A stretch of DNA of 64,000 bases from Vicugna vicugna (GCA_013265495.1 MU058065.1:6200302-6264301), one strand, 5' to 3'; positions 1 to 11,932 are shown, numbered from the stretch's first letter. The notes: generated from the sequence alone by a model not told the origin. Numbers and translations are program-made.

Positions 1-599
1 AAGGCTCTCTGGAGGCAGATACAGCTGAGCTAGACCTTCATCCCAAGAAGAAGAGGCAGAGAGGCTGCAAAGGCGCTGACATGGGTAAGAGAAAAGGGCA
101 TAGCTTGGCTGCAGCGTTGATGAGGTGGGCAGGAGCCGAGACATGCAGGGCCCTGGACTTTTCCTTCTGAGAGTTTGGACTTCTTTCTTAGGGCCTCAAC
201 GGGATGTAAGCTGGGATGGGGGCAAAGACATGATCTACTTTCGAGATCTGTACTCTGGTCTGGATTGGAGCCATGGGTGTGGAGAGAGGATTAGTGGCTG
301 GAGGCAGGGGGATAGGTTGGGAGGCTTCTGCAGTCCCCTGATGGGGGCCCACATCGGAGGACTGGCAGGGAAGAGGAGGGGGCTGGGATTATTTGGAGGT
401 AGACTGGGTGAGGGTGGCCAGGGTAACAGAAGTGTTGAAACTATCCAGACTACCCCAAAGCAGCAAGATCTCATTTTATTGCTGATCAGATAAAAAGTGC
501 TTTATTCACTTGTAACAAGTCAAACAATACCAGGGTAATGGAAGAAGAGTACAAAACTCCCCAGCTCCTTCTTCCTTCTTCAGTCTTGACACATGCATG

Positions 600-1390
600 C
601 TTCCTCTCTCACCCTCATACAAGGCTCAGACACATGGATACAGCTACAGGGTTATTCTGTTTCTATTTCCCTTTCTTTTTCTTTTTCTTTTTTACCATAA
701 TGGCATGATATTATACATATTACACTCTGCTCAGCATCTTGACAATAACATTTTCACGCAACATCGTGTCAATAACACTCCCTTCAGATCAATAGTGATT
801 GGAACGTATAGATCTAACCTATTCTTTGTAACAGCTACATGTAACATACTCCATGATTTGAATGGCCCTTACTTTTTTGGGGTTTTTGGGGCCCTTATAT
901 TTTTAAACCACTCCTTTATTAGATGACATGGGTTGTTCCCAGTGCTTTTTATTTTTTATTTTTGCCACTATGAAGGAAGTTGTAGTAAACATCCTTGTGG
1001 GAGTGTGTGTGTGCATGCATGCACACAGACACATGCATCCACATGCATACATTTATTCCTGCAGCTTACTTCCCCAATATATGATTTCTGAGTCAAAGGG
1101 CATTTTTTTTTAAATCTGTGTACTTTTTATTCTAATAGATGCTGTCAAAATTCCTCCAACAAAAGGTGGTAGCAATTCCTTCTCTCCCTACCTATGTTCA
1201 AGGGTGTCTGTTCTTTCTAAACTTATCTGTATTGGATGTAACTATTTTTCACAATTCAGATGTGAAAATATTTAAGATTGATTTGAGGGGGTTCTGATTT
1301 TCATTTCCCCAATTCTCACTGAGTCTTTTTAGATGTGTTTATCATTATCTTTTTCCCTTCTGGCTGTTCCCTGTTCATATCCTCTGCTGA
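600..1390 (-). mobile_element. Decayed ancient L1 (L1M-type) fragment
   Basis: T-rich sequence resembling antisense L1 3' region (e.g. ccactcctttattagatgacatgggttgttcccag). Confidence 0.55.
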
Positions 1391-1977
1391 GTTTGAGGCC
1401 AGTTCTGTGCCAACACTCTGAGAGTGGAGAGATCCTCCTTTCCAGATTTATACCTTGGGACCCCTGTGTCACTTGTTTGGGCACTATTTAGCATACAGTA
1501 TCTGCTTTACTACAGCACCAGACATTGCACTAATTCTGTGCCCATCCTTGCTTTGGACTCAGGAGTGCCAGCCCTGGACACCCTCCTCTGAGGGCGAATG
1601 GGGCTGGTTGGTGCCACTGGCATTCCTAGACTTTCTCAAGCTCTTCCTAAGAGCTTTGTCTCACAAACCCTTCCAGGATCAGTGCCCAGCTTAAAGTGAC
1701 CCACATATACAAACAGCCCCTCAACCCCTGGCACTCACAAAGGGAGCCTCAATCTCCACTTTCCATTGAGTCACCAGAACCCTGCTTCTGTTCCTGGGGT
1801 TGGGGGCTGTTACGAGAATCTGCAACTGTCGTATTTGCTCAGCCATGCTTGGGACAGCTTGCGGATGAGTAGGGGAGGTATGAAGGAAATCTCCATCCAT
1901 CCCTTCAGAGACTCAGAGCCTTGCTTCTGTTCTGACTGAAAAGCTCCACCCCCTTCTGCTTTGCACTCTGCTTCCAG

Positions 1978-2154
1978 GGCCTTACTCTTCCCAAGTGACC
2001 AGCAGATTGACCTGGAGCTGTGGGCAGAGCAGGCAGAGTTTGACTGCACCGAGCTGCACCAAATGCGCGTGCAGGACAATTGCATATTCTCCATCAGCCC
2101 CAAGGCTGGGAGCCTGAATCCTGGGCAAGAGCAGATTGTGGAATTGAAATACAG
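1978..2154 (+). CDS. CFAP65: CFAP65 (CCDC108) internal coding exon, first in window; the gene starts upstream of the window
   Basis: cttccAG acceptor, AG|GTGCTC donor; encodes [58 protein letters not shown]; frame continues into the next exons; gene order with MIR375/CRYBA2/FEV/CDK5R2 matches the known locus. Confidence 0.9.
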
Positions 2155-2453
2155 GTGCTCCCCCGATTGCCCGCCCTGCACTTCTAGTCCTGGAGACCCC
2201 CTTCCCCCTGGCTTCTGGAGGAGCCTGTCCTTGCCCTGTGTGACTCCAGGGTACCCTGAGTGGCCACCATCCTGGGAGAGCCCTGCCTCCCTCACCTGCA
2301 AGAGAGATTTACTTTTCCTTTTACCCCATTCCTGGACTGGGTTTCCATGTTCTCCAGGGATCAGTCACCTCCAAACCACAGGCGTGCCATAACCTTTTGT
2401 TCTGCTTGCACCAGGGCTCAATAACTCATTTCAGACTGTCTCCTCCCTTCCAG

Positions 2454-2520
2454 CCACCTGTTCATTGGCACTGATCGCCTCCCTGTGCTCTTCAAGGTGT
2501 CCCATGGCCGGGAGATCCTG
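2454..2520 (+). CDS. CFAP65: CFAP65 coding exon
   Basis: cccttccAG / CTG|GTAAGC; (S)HLFIGTDRLPVLFKVSHGREIL; phase matches the previous exon. Confidence 0.9.
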
Positions 2521-2666
2521 GTAAGCCTCAGCCCTGGTCCTGTCCTGGAAAACCGAGAGAGAAGTGCAGGGAACCATCCTCCCCGAGGAGCTGGGGTCCA
2601 GATCCCTCTGCTGGATACTTCAGTTTCTCCCAGGGAAAGATGCTACTCTGGGCTTTCTATTTCCAG

Positions 2667-2777
2667 TTAAATTTCATAGGTGTGACAGTGAAGCCGGAGC
2701 AGAAGTACGTGCACTTCACCTCCACCAGCCATCAGTTCATCCCTGTCCCCATCGGCGACACACTTCCCCCGAGGCAG
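2667..2777 (+). CDS. CFAP65: CFAP65 coding exon
   Basis: tttccAG / CAG|GTCAGT; LNFIGVTVKPEQKYVHFTSTSHQFIPVPIGDTLPPRQ, 111 nt, phase 0. Confidence 0.9.
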
Positions 2778-3033
2778 GTCAGTGGTCTGCATTGTCCTGG
2801 TCACTAAGAGCCTTAAGTGTTGATCTCTGTGTATCTGCATCAGCCTTTGACAGGATGACAAGGACCCTGCCCTCCAGAAGCCCTCACTCTAAGAGGTGGG
2901 GTTACAGGCTGAATCCCAAGATTAGGCAACTGGAAAAGACCCAAGGCGAGAGGCTTTAATTTCCCAGCACTGGTGCTTAGTCCTCTGCCAGGCCTCATTC
3001 CCATGCAAAAGCTGGGGGTTCCTTCCTCTAGCA

Positions 3034-3278
3034 CAGGGTTCTTCTACCTTTGACCACGAACCACACTAATACATTTGGAGAATAACCCAGTACATACATA
3101 CACGTACAACTGAAACATAAGTATCACAAATCAATACAGCCACCACCACATGCAAAGTACTCTGATGTTTCCTTTTTTATTTTATTCTGTTCCATTTTTT
3201 AAATGTTGGGCATGACCTGCTAAATTGGTTTCATGACCTGCTTACTAGTGGGTCTCAGTCATAGTTTGAAAACCACTG
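3034..3278. mobile_element. Non-autonomous hAT-Charlie (MER-type) DNA transposon
   Basis: Termini CAGGGTTCTTC ... TTTGAAAACCACTG resemble Charlie/MER inverted repeats. Confidence 0.55.
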
Positions 3279-3829
3279 ATCCAAGAAAGGTATCTTTCTA
3301 AGCATGAAAAGCTGGAATGTGAATCCTCACAAAGCTATAGGATTTTCTTTATTAATTGGAGAGAATCAGGTTCCTTTTGCTCTGAAAATGCACATTGGAA
3401 ATATCCAAGAGGGGCATATAGTATTTTCCCAAACATTTCACAGTTCTGAAATTTCTCATCAGTTAGAAGTCCTTGGATTTCTGGGCAGGGGCTTCCAGCC
3501 ATTCAGCCTAGAGGCAGAGGAATGGGCTTCCTGGATCTGAGAGGGAATCCCATAGCCTGGAGCTCTGTTCACTTCCTTACACCACCCTCTACTCAACTGG
3601 CTTTGCAGAAGCCCCATGTGGGGCTGGGCATTTCCAAGCCTGCAGAAGCCCAGACCCTCAAAAAGGAAGGCAAAGACCCCTGTGCCCCCTGGAGAGCTTT
3701 CCAGAGAGACCAGACCACTCCCCTGTGGTCTGAATATAGACAATGGAAAATACCCAAATCTGGAGCTGGAAGACACAGCTGTGCCTCCTACCAAACTCCT
3801 CAATTGTAGCCAAGTTTCCTCTTTCATTC

Positions 3830-4240
3830 ATGAGATGATGACAGATGGTGGCCCGGACCTGCAAAGAGGGCAGTGGAAATACAGAGTAGTGAATGGATTT
3901 AATTTACATTTTGGAGGCAGAATCAATGGGACTTGCTGGGGATTGGGTCTGGGAAGTAAGAGAAAGGGATGGATGAAAAATGTACTGGATTCCTAGTTTG
4001 AGCTACTGGGAATATGTAGTGCCACTTGCTGAAAGGAGATACCCTAGTGAGGAACAGATTTTTAGAGTGAAGAGTTTGGTTTTGGCCAAATTCAAGATGT
4101 CTATGAGACAACCAAGAGGAGTTGTCAAGAGGAAGTTGGATACTAGGTCTGGAACTCAGAGGTGTCCAAGGTAGAGAATAAAGTCAGCATACTCAGGAGT
4201 GGATGCTGAGAGAGGTGAGGGGCCGGGCCTAAATCCAGAC
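3830..4240 (-). mobile_element. L2 LINE fragment
   Basis: Typical antisense L2 phrases (gagtttggttttggcc...gatgtctatgagacaacc...gaagttggatac...ggtctggaactcagagg). Confidence 0.6.
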
Positions 4241-4810
4241 GAACTCTTTATCCTCACTGGCTTCCATCTTCTCATCTCGAAAATGGAGGATCGGACCAGA
4301 AGATCTCTGGTTTCATTCAGGACGTTCTGTGATTCCCAGCTTCGGAGTTAGCCTTGAGAGGACCCCATACCTTCCTTCTGCTTCCTTATCTGCCTTTAAG
4401 CAGGACTGTCTCTAAGGGCAGACGTGGGAAGTGGCAGCCTCACAAGTAATTAGAGTGAGAGCCTAGAAAACGATGAAGGGTCTGGATGGTGCAGGCATGA
4501 GTGTTTCCCTAAATTGTAGCACTAAAGACACAAACATTAGTATCTCCTGATACCTTGACTAAGGCAAGTTGAGAGCAAATAACTAAGGATTACAGATTAT
4601 ACTAAAATGTCACAGGCTGAAAATATAGTTGCACACTTCTTGGGTGACCAAGCCACAAGGGAAATCAGAGGTATTTAGGAGTGCTCTGGGACTGTCAGGG
4701 TGACATTATGGAGATCAACCTGCCCTCCCACAGTGGACACCGAACCCCAGGCTCTCTGCATTGCAGCCCTGAGCTGGTGTGGAGATTTCCCTATTCCTCC
4801 CCCTCGGCAG

Positions 4811-5002
4811 ATTTATGAGCTGTATAACGGTGGCTCGGTGCCCGTAACATATGAGATCCAGACCAGCATCCTGTCACAGGTTCAGGAGAAAAATTTTGAT
4901 CACCCCGTCTTCTGCTGCCTCAACCCCAAAGGGGAGATCCAGCCAGGCACAACGGCTCGGGTCTTGTGGATCTTCTCACCGATTGAGGCCAAGACCTACA
5001 CG
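4811..5002 (+). CDS. CFAP65: CFAP65 coding exon
   Basis: ggcAG / [26 protein letters not shown]...[12 protein letters not shown], 192 nt. Confidence 0.92.
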
Positions 5003-5104
5003 GTGAGCAGCCACCTGGGCTAATATGGAATGGGGGGTTGGAGTCGGCCTTCTCAGCAGGCCTTACTCTGACTAGTCCCTTCCCCTACCCTCCGAACTCC
5101 CCAG

Positions 5105-5263
5105 GTGGATGTGCCCGTACACATCCTGGGATGGAACTCAGCCATCATCCGCTTCCAGGGAGTGGGCTATGACCCCCATGTCATGGGAGACACAGCCCCA
5201 TTCCACGACATCTCTTCGTGGGATGACAGCTCCATCCATTCGAGGCTGATGGTTCCTGGACAG
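5105..5263 (+). CDS. CFAP65: CFAP65 coding exon
   Basis: ccccAG / CAG|GTAGGG; VDVPVHILGWNSAIIRFQGVGYDP...LMVPGQ, 159 nt. Confidence 0.92.
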
Positions 5264-5684
5264 GTAGGGGGAAGGGAGCTGGGAAGGCCTGAGGCCTAGG
5301 AGGAGGCAGAGGGATGGGGAGGCTGGGGAAGAAAAAGGTTGGACTTGAGAAGAGTGGGATTCAGAGGTGAAACCTGGAACCAGCCCTCTTCCAGATATAA
5401 GAAGCAGCACCAGCTCCATGAGAGGCTTATCCTGCCACCTAGTGCCCACAGGTTCCTGCTCAAGCCACTCCACCTGTTGCAGGGCCCTCTATCCCTCCCT
5501 TCTGTCTGGGCCTTGGGATGGGGGTATTGGGAGGGGTAGAAAGAAGCTGTCCCATTCTAGAGTTCTGAGGTATTATCTTCATACAAAACAGTTCCTCCCC
5601 TGGATCTAGTTGAGCTTTGCTGAAAGGTATCTAGGGTCAAAACACTACCTTTAGTTCACACATTCCTTACTGTTGGGAGGTCTG

Positions 5685-5850
5685 ACCCATTCATCTATCC
5701 ACCCAACCATCCGTTTCCCCCCGATCCACATGCCCATTTTCTTATCCATGTATCTATCCTTCCCTTCATCCACCCACTTCTCCATCCATCTTTCCATGCA
5801 CTCATCCAGTTACTATCCACTAATACATCTGCCTGTCTACTCTTCCACTC
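5685..5850. repeat. Degenerate (TCCA)n
   Basis: Repeated catcc/atcca units. Confidence 0.65.
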
Positions 5851-6169
5851 CTACCCTCATTGACTTTTACTGCAGGAGTGAGTACTATGGAGGGCACAGT
5901 AATGGGGACTCAGAGAAGAGCCAGACAAATCTCAGCTCTGGAGGCACTCAGGGACTAGAGAGAGAAAATGCCCCTTCCACAGCCTCAGTCTCTCCAGATA
6001 CCCCTACAACACAGCTCTTGCTCTGTGCCCAGTGAAGATGCCAATAGCTGATCATCCATTAATTTACAACCATCCGTCAGAGACTCAAATTATGTTGGCT
6101 TTAGTTCTGTCTTCTCAAAGTGAATTCTGATTTCTGAGCTCTTTCAAGCCTATTTTAATGGTCAAAATC

Positions 6170-6390
6170 ATAGGCTTTAGAGTGATACTGTCTGAGTTTA
6201 TCCCAGCTGTGCCTGTGAGAGACCTTTGGAAAATTGTTTATGCTCTCTGAGCAGCACATCTGTAAATTGGGAATAATAGTAGTACTAGTAACATCAGGTC
6301 ACTGTGAGGATCAAATGTGTGTCAGTTGCCTACAATGGTACCTGGTCTGTTGAAAGCACTCAGTGACTTGTTGCTATGTGGTTGCTATGC
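6170..6390 (+). mobile_element. MIR SINE
   Basis: Core catctgtaaattgggaataatagtagtac...gtgaggatcaaatg. Confidence 0.6.
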
Positions 6391-6427
6391 TTAGTATTTC
6401 TTCACCTTAGTAATTCTCCACCAACAG

Positions 6428-6571
6428 ACTGTCTTCCTGTCCCAATCACATATCTCCCTGGGAAACATTCCTGTGCAGAGCAAGTGCAGTCGCCTTTTGT
6501 TCCTCAACAACATCTCTAAGAATGAGACAATTGTCTTTGTCTGGCAGCTGATGCCTCTAGACTTTGGGGAG
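6428..6571 (+). CDS. CFAP65: CFAP65 coding exon
   Basis: caacAG / GAG|GTGAGA; TVFLSQSHISLGNIPVQSKCSRLLFLNN...LDFGE, 144 nt. Confidence 0.9.
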
Positions 6572-6621
6572 GTGAGAGTTCCTTATGTTTGCAGAATCAG
6601 AACCTCCAGCAGGGCTCTAGA

Positions 6622-6750
6622 CCCACCCCATCCCAACCCACCCCACCACATCCCATGCCATTCCATCCCCTCCCACTCAATCTCATCCCATTCCTCTCCA
6701 TCCCATCCCAGTCTACTCCATCCCTTCCTGTCTTGTCCCATCCCATCCCT
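6622..6750. repeat. Degenerate (CCATC)n inside a short CFAP65 intron
   Basis: cccatcccaaccca...ccatcccatccc. Confidence 0.75.
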
Positions 6751-6785
6751 GCAAAGCTCCAGAGGCTCCTTCCCCAAATCAATAG

Positions 6786-6899
6786 GTGTCTGTGAGTCCT
6801 ATGAGAGGAAAGGTAGCTCCTGAAGAGACCATCCCATTTGTTGTGACCCTGAAGGCTTCGGTGCATGCCAGCTTCTACAGCCTGGACCTGGTATGCAAG
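6786..6899 (+). CDS. CFAP65: CFAP65 coding exon
   Basis: caatAG / AAG|GTAGGA; VSVSPMRGKVAPEETIPFVVTLKASVHASFYSLDLVCK, 114 nt. Confidence 0.9.
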
Positions 6900-7101
6900 G
6901 TAGGACCAGCCTCAGAGGGAAGCTGGGATGGAGCACAGCTCCTGGTCTTGGGATGTGGGATGGGCCTTGAGACCCCAAGACCCCTAGAGAGAGGCAGGGG
7001 CCAGCCTCTGGAAGAGTCAGGGCTCATAGCACAAGTCCAGGCTAAGGCCTGGCTACAGGCCCTCCAGACTTGGTCTTCTCTCTGCTTGTCCTGGGCCACA
7101 G

Positions 7102-7209
7102 GTGTACCGGCAAGAACTCCTGAAGCAGTACCAGAAGGAACTGCAGGAGTGGAAGGCTGAGAAGGTGCGGCAGGAAGTGGAGTTCACCATCACAGACAGG
7201 AAAGTGAAG
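7102..7209 (+). CDS. CFAP65: CFAP65 coding exon
   Basis: ccacAG / AAG|GTGAGG; VYRQELLKQYQKELQEWKAEKVRQEVEFTITDRKVK (coiled-coil-like), 108 nt. Confidence 0.9.
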
Positions 7210-7494
7210 GTGAGGGCAGAGTGGGCTTTGAACACCACCGAGCTTGCTGATTGGCCTTGCCAGAGGGGACAGAGGTGGTGATCCAAGGTGGTCCTAAAAA
7301 CTGGCCAGCCTGCCCTCAGAGATTATATTTCTTTCATTAGACTATGCATAGCATCTCTCCAAGAGACTCTCTGGATACAGAAAGCAGGCTGACCATTCCC
7401 TGCTTATATATTATATTTAATGAATGCCTACTAGGTGCTGGGTACTGGAGACCTAGGGGAAACAAGGCAGAGCTCACCTTCTGATGGAAGAGAG

Positions 7495-7945
7495 TGTGGG
7501 GTAGTGGTTTCAGGTATGGGCTCTGGAGACAAGTTACCCAGTTTTGATTCCCAGCTTTGATGATTTCTAGCTCTGTGATCTTGGTCAAATTGTTTAACCT
7601 CTTAGTTCCCTCAGCTGTATTATGGGGGTAATACGGCATCTGGGACTGGCTTCAAGATAAACCAGAGAAGGGGTATAGATGAGAGAAGATTGGCCATGAA
7701 TTGCTCATTGTTGAAGCTGAGTGATGGGTAATGGAGGATTCTTTGTACCATTCTCTTCACGTTTGTATACTTTTGAAGTTTTCCATATTAAGAAGATTAA
7801 AAATAAGAGTTTCAAAAATATTTTAAATTCAAGTAAATTGTTATCTGCTTTGTGGCATTGCTGTGAGAATTAAATGAGTTAATACATGTAAAGTGCCTAC
7901 AGCAGTGCCTGGGATGCAGTAAACATTCACTAAACAAAGGCTATT
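7495..7945 (+). mobile_element. MIR SINE interrupted by an L1 3'-end fragment (~7640-7830)
   Basis: MIR 5' half (ggctctggagac...tgtgatcttggtcaaattgtttaacctc) and 3' half (gtgagaattaaatgagttaatacatgtaaagtgcc) flank an L1M-type tail (gttgaagctgagtgatggg...ttctcttcacgtttgtatac). Confidence 0.65.
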
Positions 7946-8492
7946 AGTATTTATGTGGGGGCGGGTGAGACCAATAATAAACACAAGACAAAATATCCAC
8001 CTCGGTTCCTCTCCCAATTTCACAGCCTCCCCATACTAATATTTTTGCACCTCGATTGCCTCTGTTGCCTCCTAACTGAACCCCCAGGGAGGCACTGCTC
8101 CCCTCTATAGCTCTGGCCCAACTGTGGAGACGGATGGTGTCTTGAGGGCGGGAGAGAGGATTTCTGAATTTCGGAATTAAGGCTTGGTAAGGGAGAATGT
8201 TTCCTTATCACATCAAACCACAAAGCTCCGGGACTCCAGGACAAGCACCCTTGGAGAAACTCAAACCATGTTTGGTGGCATCTCCTTTTCTTTCCTTCTG
8301 TTGGGTAACCAGATGTTCCTTGTCTGCAGGCGGTCCTTCCCTAGGGAAGGTTCTGGAAGAGGGTGTGGCTGGGAGTTGGGTGGGACCAAGAGGACAGCAG
8401 GTCCTGGCCTTGACTTCAGGCCCTCCGTGGATCAGCAGGAAGGGTAGGAAAAGGTGAGGACACCCTAAGCAGAGGTCTCTTTGTTTCCACAG

Positions 8493-8537
8493 AGAAGGCC
8501 ATATTGTACAGCGTGTGAACCTGCGAGGAAGTACAAG
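8493..8537 (+). CDS. CFAP65: CFAP65 small coding exon
   Basis: tttgtttccacAG / AAG|GTGAGG; RRPYCTACEPARKYK, 45 nt, phase 0. Confidence 0.85.
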
Positions 8538-8781
8538 GTGAGGATGTAAGCCCGGGCCCATCTCCTTGGGATAACTTGAGGGTCCTTGCTCACTCCCCAG
8601 AGATACCTCCAAGCCCTGGTCCAGCCTCCTGGAAAGGAGGGATGAAAGTGCCAATGGGTTGGGAGGTGGAGGTGTCACACCCCTGTGTGGCCCAGAAGGC
8701 CTAGGTGGGAGGCTTGGGACCACTCAGCAATGGGAGTACTGTCCCCAGTTTTCTGTTACCCATGCTTCTCCTTCCCCAAAG

Positions 8782-8984
8782 ACACTTCCCCCCATCAAGA
8801 ACCAGCAGTGTCTCAACCAGCTCACCAGCTGGAACCTTAAGATCTGGAAGGAGGATACACACTGGCAGTGCCCCCAGCCACCCTTGCCAGGCATGCTCTG
8901 CTTGAGCCTCACTGCCCGCGCCCATGCCACCGACTACTTCCTGGCCAACTTCTTCTCCGACTTTCCCAGCCACTTCTTGTACCG
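8782..8984 (+). CDS. CFAP65: CFAP65 coding exon
   Basis: ccccaaAG / CG|GTGAAC; TLPPIKNQQ...LTARAHATDYFLANFFSDFPSHFLY(R). Confidence 0.88.
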
Positions 8985-9445
8985 GTGAACTCTTGGGGAG
9001 GGAGGGGGCTCCTTCCTCTGCTCTCTACCCCACCCCCCAACTCCAGAACGGGGGCTGCCCAGACCCAACCCTTGCTGAGGGCTTGGAGCAAGTGCAGCGG
9101 CGACAGTGGGACTACTGGGGCACTGCTGGGCCCAGGATGCCCCCATTACTGCCTAGGCTCTTATGAAAAGGGGGTAAAGAGCCAGAGCCCCCTGGGGAAC
9201 CCACCTAGACCTCCCCACATCCCTTCCTTCCTTCCCCTTCCAACCTGGAGCCTCATCTGGTCCTGTGCCAACCCTGAGGGTTGGGTTTGGTTCCCAAAAA
9301 GCAAAAGCACTACGTTTGGGTTAAGGCAGGGAGCGGCCCTGAACTCACATAAATCCTCATGGCTGGGTAGTCACCACCACTGCTCGTGCCCCCAACCCCA
9401 GCATGGTGGCTTGCCCAGGCCACTCAATGTCACGGCCTGCCCCAG

Positions 9446-9574
9446 GGAGCTGCCAAAGAGGAAGTGCCCCAGGGAGGAGTCGGAGACTTGTGAGGAAGAA
9501 TCCCCTGACAAGTGGGCCCCTGTCTTCAAGCAGGAGAAGCAGCTCCTAGTTGACTGTCTCACCACCATCATCAG
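9446..9574 (+). CDS. CFAP65: CFAP65 coding exon
   Basis: ccccAG / AG|GTGACT; ELPKRKCPREESETCEEESPDKWAPVFKQEKQLLVDCLTTII(R). Confidence 0.88.
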
Positions 9575-10092
9575 GTGACTGCCCACCCTGGAAACCCTCA
9601 CCCTCTATCTCTCCAGTCCATTCCATCAACGCTGGGTCCACCCAAAGCCCCTGAAGTCCCAGCCCTTTCTTTCCTGAAAAATAGAGTTTCCTCCTAAAAT
9701 CCTTCCACTGGTGGCCCCAGGCCCTCCAGGTTGGTGCAGTTTTAATGGAGCTGGCTGGAGGGATCCACAGGGCTGGGTCCTCAGTTCTGCCTTAGTGGAT
9801 GAGGTCTGGTAGACTGCTGTCTTCCCAGGCTCCAGCCCTCATCTGTGTAACTCTGACCTCCTTGCTCTTCCTCTACCATTTAATGTTCACCTTTAAGGAT
9901 CCATGGGGCCCGGGGATGCCTTTCTCTAAAGGAATAAAAGGGGCAACTGATCAAGGGCTCCCCTCCCCCACCCAGCACTTGTTTGTGAATGCAGTAGTCA
10001 AGAATTGCCCCTTGGGGAACCCTGATGCCAGAGCCCTGCAGAGGGCTGCAAGGCCTCTCAGTGAGGACCTTCCCCTCCTTCCTGCCACCCAG

Positions 10093-10587
10093 GGGCCTTC
10101 TGGAAGACAAGATCTTCCATGAAGCTGTGGACCAAAACCTAGTGGAGCAGATGCCTTACTTCTGCCAGTTCTGGAATGAGCAGTCGGCCAGGTCCATGGT
10201 CCAGAACAGCAACCTGCACCTAGTGTCAGACCTGTCTCAGTCCTCCAGCAGCTCAGAGGACAGCAAAGACAAGGAGGAGGAGGACAAACTGGAGCTGAGG
10301 AAGAGGGAAGGTAGGGAAGAGGAGGAGACAGATGAAGAGGAAGAGGAGGAGCTGGAGGAGGAAGAGGAGGAAGAGCTGGAGGAGGAGATAGAAGAGGAGG
10401 AGGAGATGGGCAAGGAGGAGCTGGAGGAAGAGGAGGTGGAGGAGAAGGGAGAGAAGTCGCCCTGGATGGAGATTAAGCCCACCCCCCAGCCCACATCCCA
10501 GGAGTCCCTGAAATGGCAATGGCAGCAGCGGTTGAAAGCCTTAGTGAAGGAGAAGCAAGAGCAGGACGAGAAGGAGGCCATCAGCTG
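10093..10587 (+). CDS. CFAP65: CFAP65 coding exon with a long Glu-rich tract
   Basis: acccAG / TG|GTGAGC; GLLEDKIFHEAVDQ...(E-rich)...EKQEQDEKEAIS(W), 495 nt. Confidence 0.9.
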
Positions 10588-11260
10588 GTGAGCAGCCAGA
10601 CCCAGGTGAGGGTTTGGAGGGGGAGCTGAATACAGAAGGATCCTAGGAGGCAATAATATGCTGGAGCCAGCCTCTACCTGTGTGCCCTTCTCTTCCCAAC
10701 TCAGCGTTCATTAATATCACTGTTGGTAACTTAAGGCCTCAGTGGGAGTATTTACAGAATGGTAATCTGAGCCTTAATTTTTTTTTCTCTAAGAGCAGGC
10801 TATTAACATTTACCATCATATAACCTCCAGGAGAGTGGTTATAGTCATCCACATCTCTTAAATGGATTTCTAGAGCCAGGAGAAAAGTACCACCTCTTCT
10901 TGTACCACCTTTCCTTGTGACTGCTTTCTGTCCATGTTGGGATTCCCTAGGAGTCCCTTCTGCACCATCTCATAGCCGGATGCCAGAACCAGGGTTGGGG
11001 ACTCTGATGGCTTGGGGTTCGAATCCCACCACGTGTACCAGCAGCATGACGTTTGTTTGGCAGCTTGGTCTCTTTAGGCCATAGTTTGAACATCTGTGAA
11101 GCTGAAACAAGGACGCTTCATAATGTTGGGAGGGCGGGGAGTTAAACGAGAATCCACTTAGAGCAAGCGGCACACGGTACCGCACAGAGGAGCAGAGCGG
11201 AGAACACGAGTGCGGTCGGTGGCGGCGCTGACACCTGCGCCCTGGCATCCCGCCCTGCAG

Positions 11261-11398
11261 GCTCCCGGCTTTCGCTAACCTGCAGGAGGCGCTGCTGGAG
11301 AATATGATCCAGAACATCCTGGTGGAGGCGAGCCGCGGGGAGGTGGTGCTCACTTCGAGGCCGCGCGTCATCGCACTGCCGCCGCTCAGCGTTCCCAG
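11261..11398 (+). CDS. CFAP65: CFAP65 penultimate coding exon
   Basis: ccctgcAG / [53 protein letters not shown](R). Confidence 0.9.
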
Positions 11399-11522
11399 GT
11401 TGGGACGCCCGGGTCAGCGGCCGCGGGAGGGGCGCACTGGGCTGCATGGGCGACAAGGGCCGGCAGGCTTGGGGGGAAGCCTCTCCCTTCACTCATTCTA
11501 CCTGGGGCTTTCTGTCTTCCAG

Positions 11523-11655
11523 GATTCTGACTCCCGACTCGCTGCCGGTGGCGCCCCTGGGGGCGCAGCAAGTGGAGATACCTGGATCGACGGTGCCGCC
11601 CTCTACCGACTATTTGGGGACGCGAGCGCCTGCCCCCTCCCACTTGCAGCTTTAG
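11523..11655 (+). CDS. CFAP65: CFAP65 last coding exon, ending at TAG
   Basis: tctgtcttccAG acceptor; [43 protein letters not shown]; variant polyA signal ~40 nt downstream. Confidence 0.8.
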
Positions 11656-11692
11656 GTTCCGCCCGGCCCCCTTTCCATCACATCACTCCGCC

Positions 11693-11698
11693 AGTAAA
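11693..11698 (+). terminator. Probable CFAP65 polyadenylation signal (variant AGTAAA)
   Basis: AGTAAA 37 nt after the stop, followed by a T-rich downstream element (ctttttttctatatatactttg). Confidence 0.6.
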
Positions 11699-11914
11699 GC
11701 ATCTAAGCCTTTTTTTCTATATATACTTTGACTTTATTTCTCCGACGCGAGAAGAACTTGCGCGCGCAATCTGGGAGGGGCAGGTGGTAAGAGCGGCCAC
11801 GGTGGACCTCGTCGACTGCTTGGAGACTTAGGGGCTGGGAGGTTGCCCCGCTCCACTCCACACCGCATCTGGGCAAGAGTTCTCGCTGCTCGCTGCCGGG
11901 CACTGGACCTGGTC

Positions 11915-11932
11915 AGGCCAGTGGAGGGCGCT
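11915..11932 (+). promoter_or_regulatory. CTCF-like motif, forward
   Basis: AGGCCAGTGGAGGGCGCT versus core CCASYAGRKGGCRS (one mismatch); lies between the CFAP65 end and the MIR375 promoter. Confidence 0.5.

Noticed and set aside
10237..10653. Poly-Ser and poly-Leu minus-strand ORFs
   Set aside because: Reverse complement of the CFAP65 Glu-rich repeat.
11304..11831. 175-aa ORF reading through the last CFAP65 intron
   Set aside because: Only its first part is the real exon; good splice sites exist at 11398/11523, and the ORF runs past the likely polyA signal.
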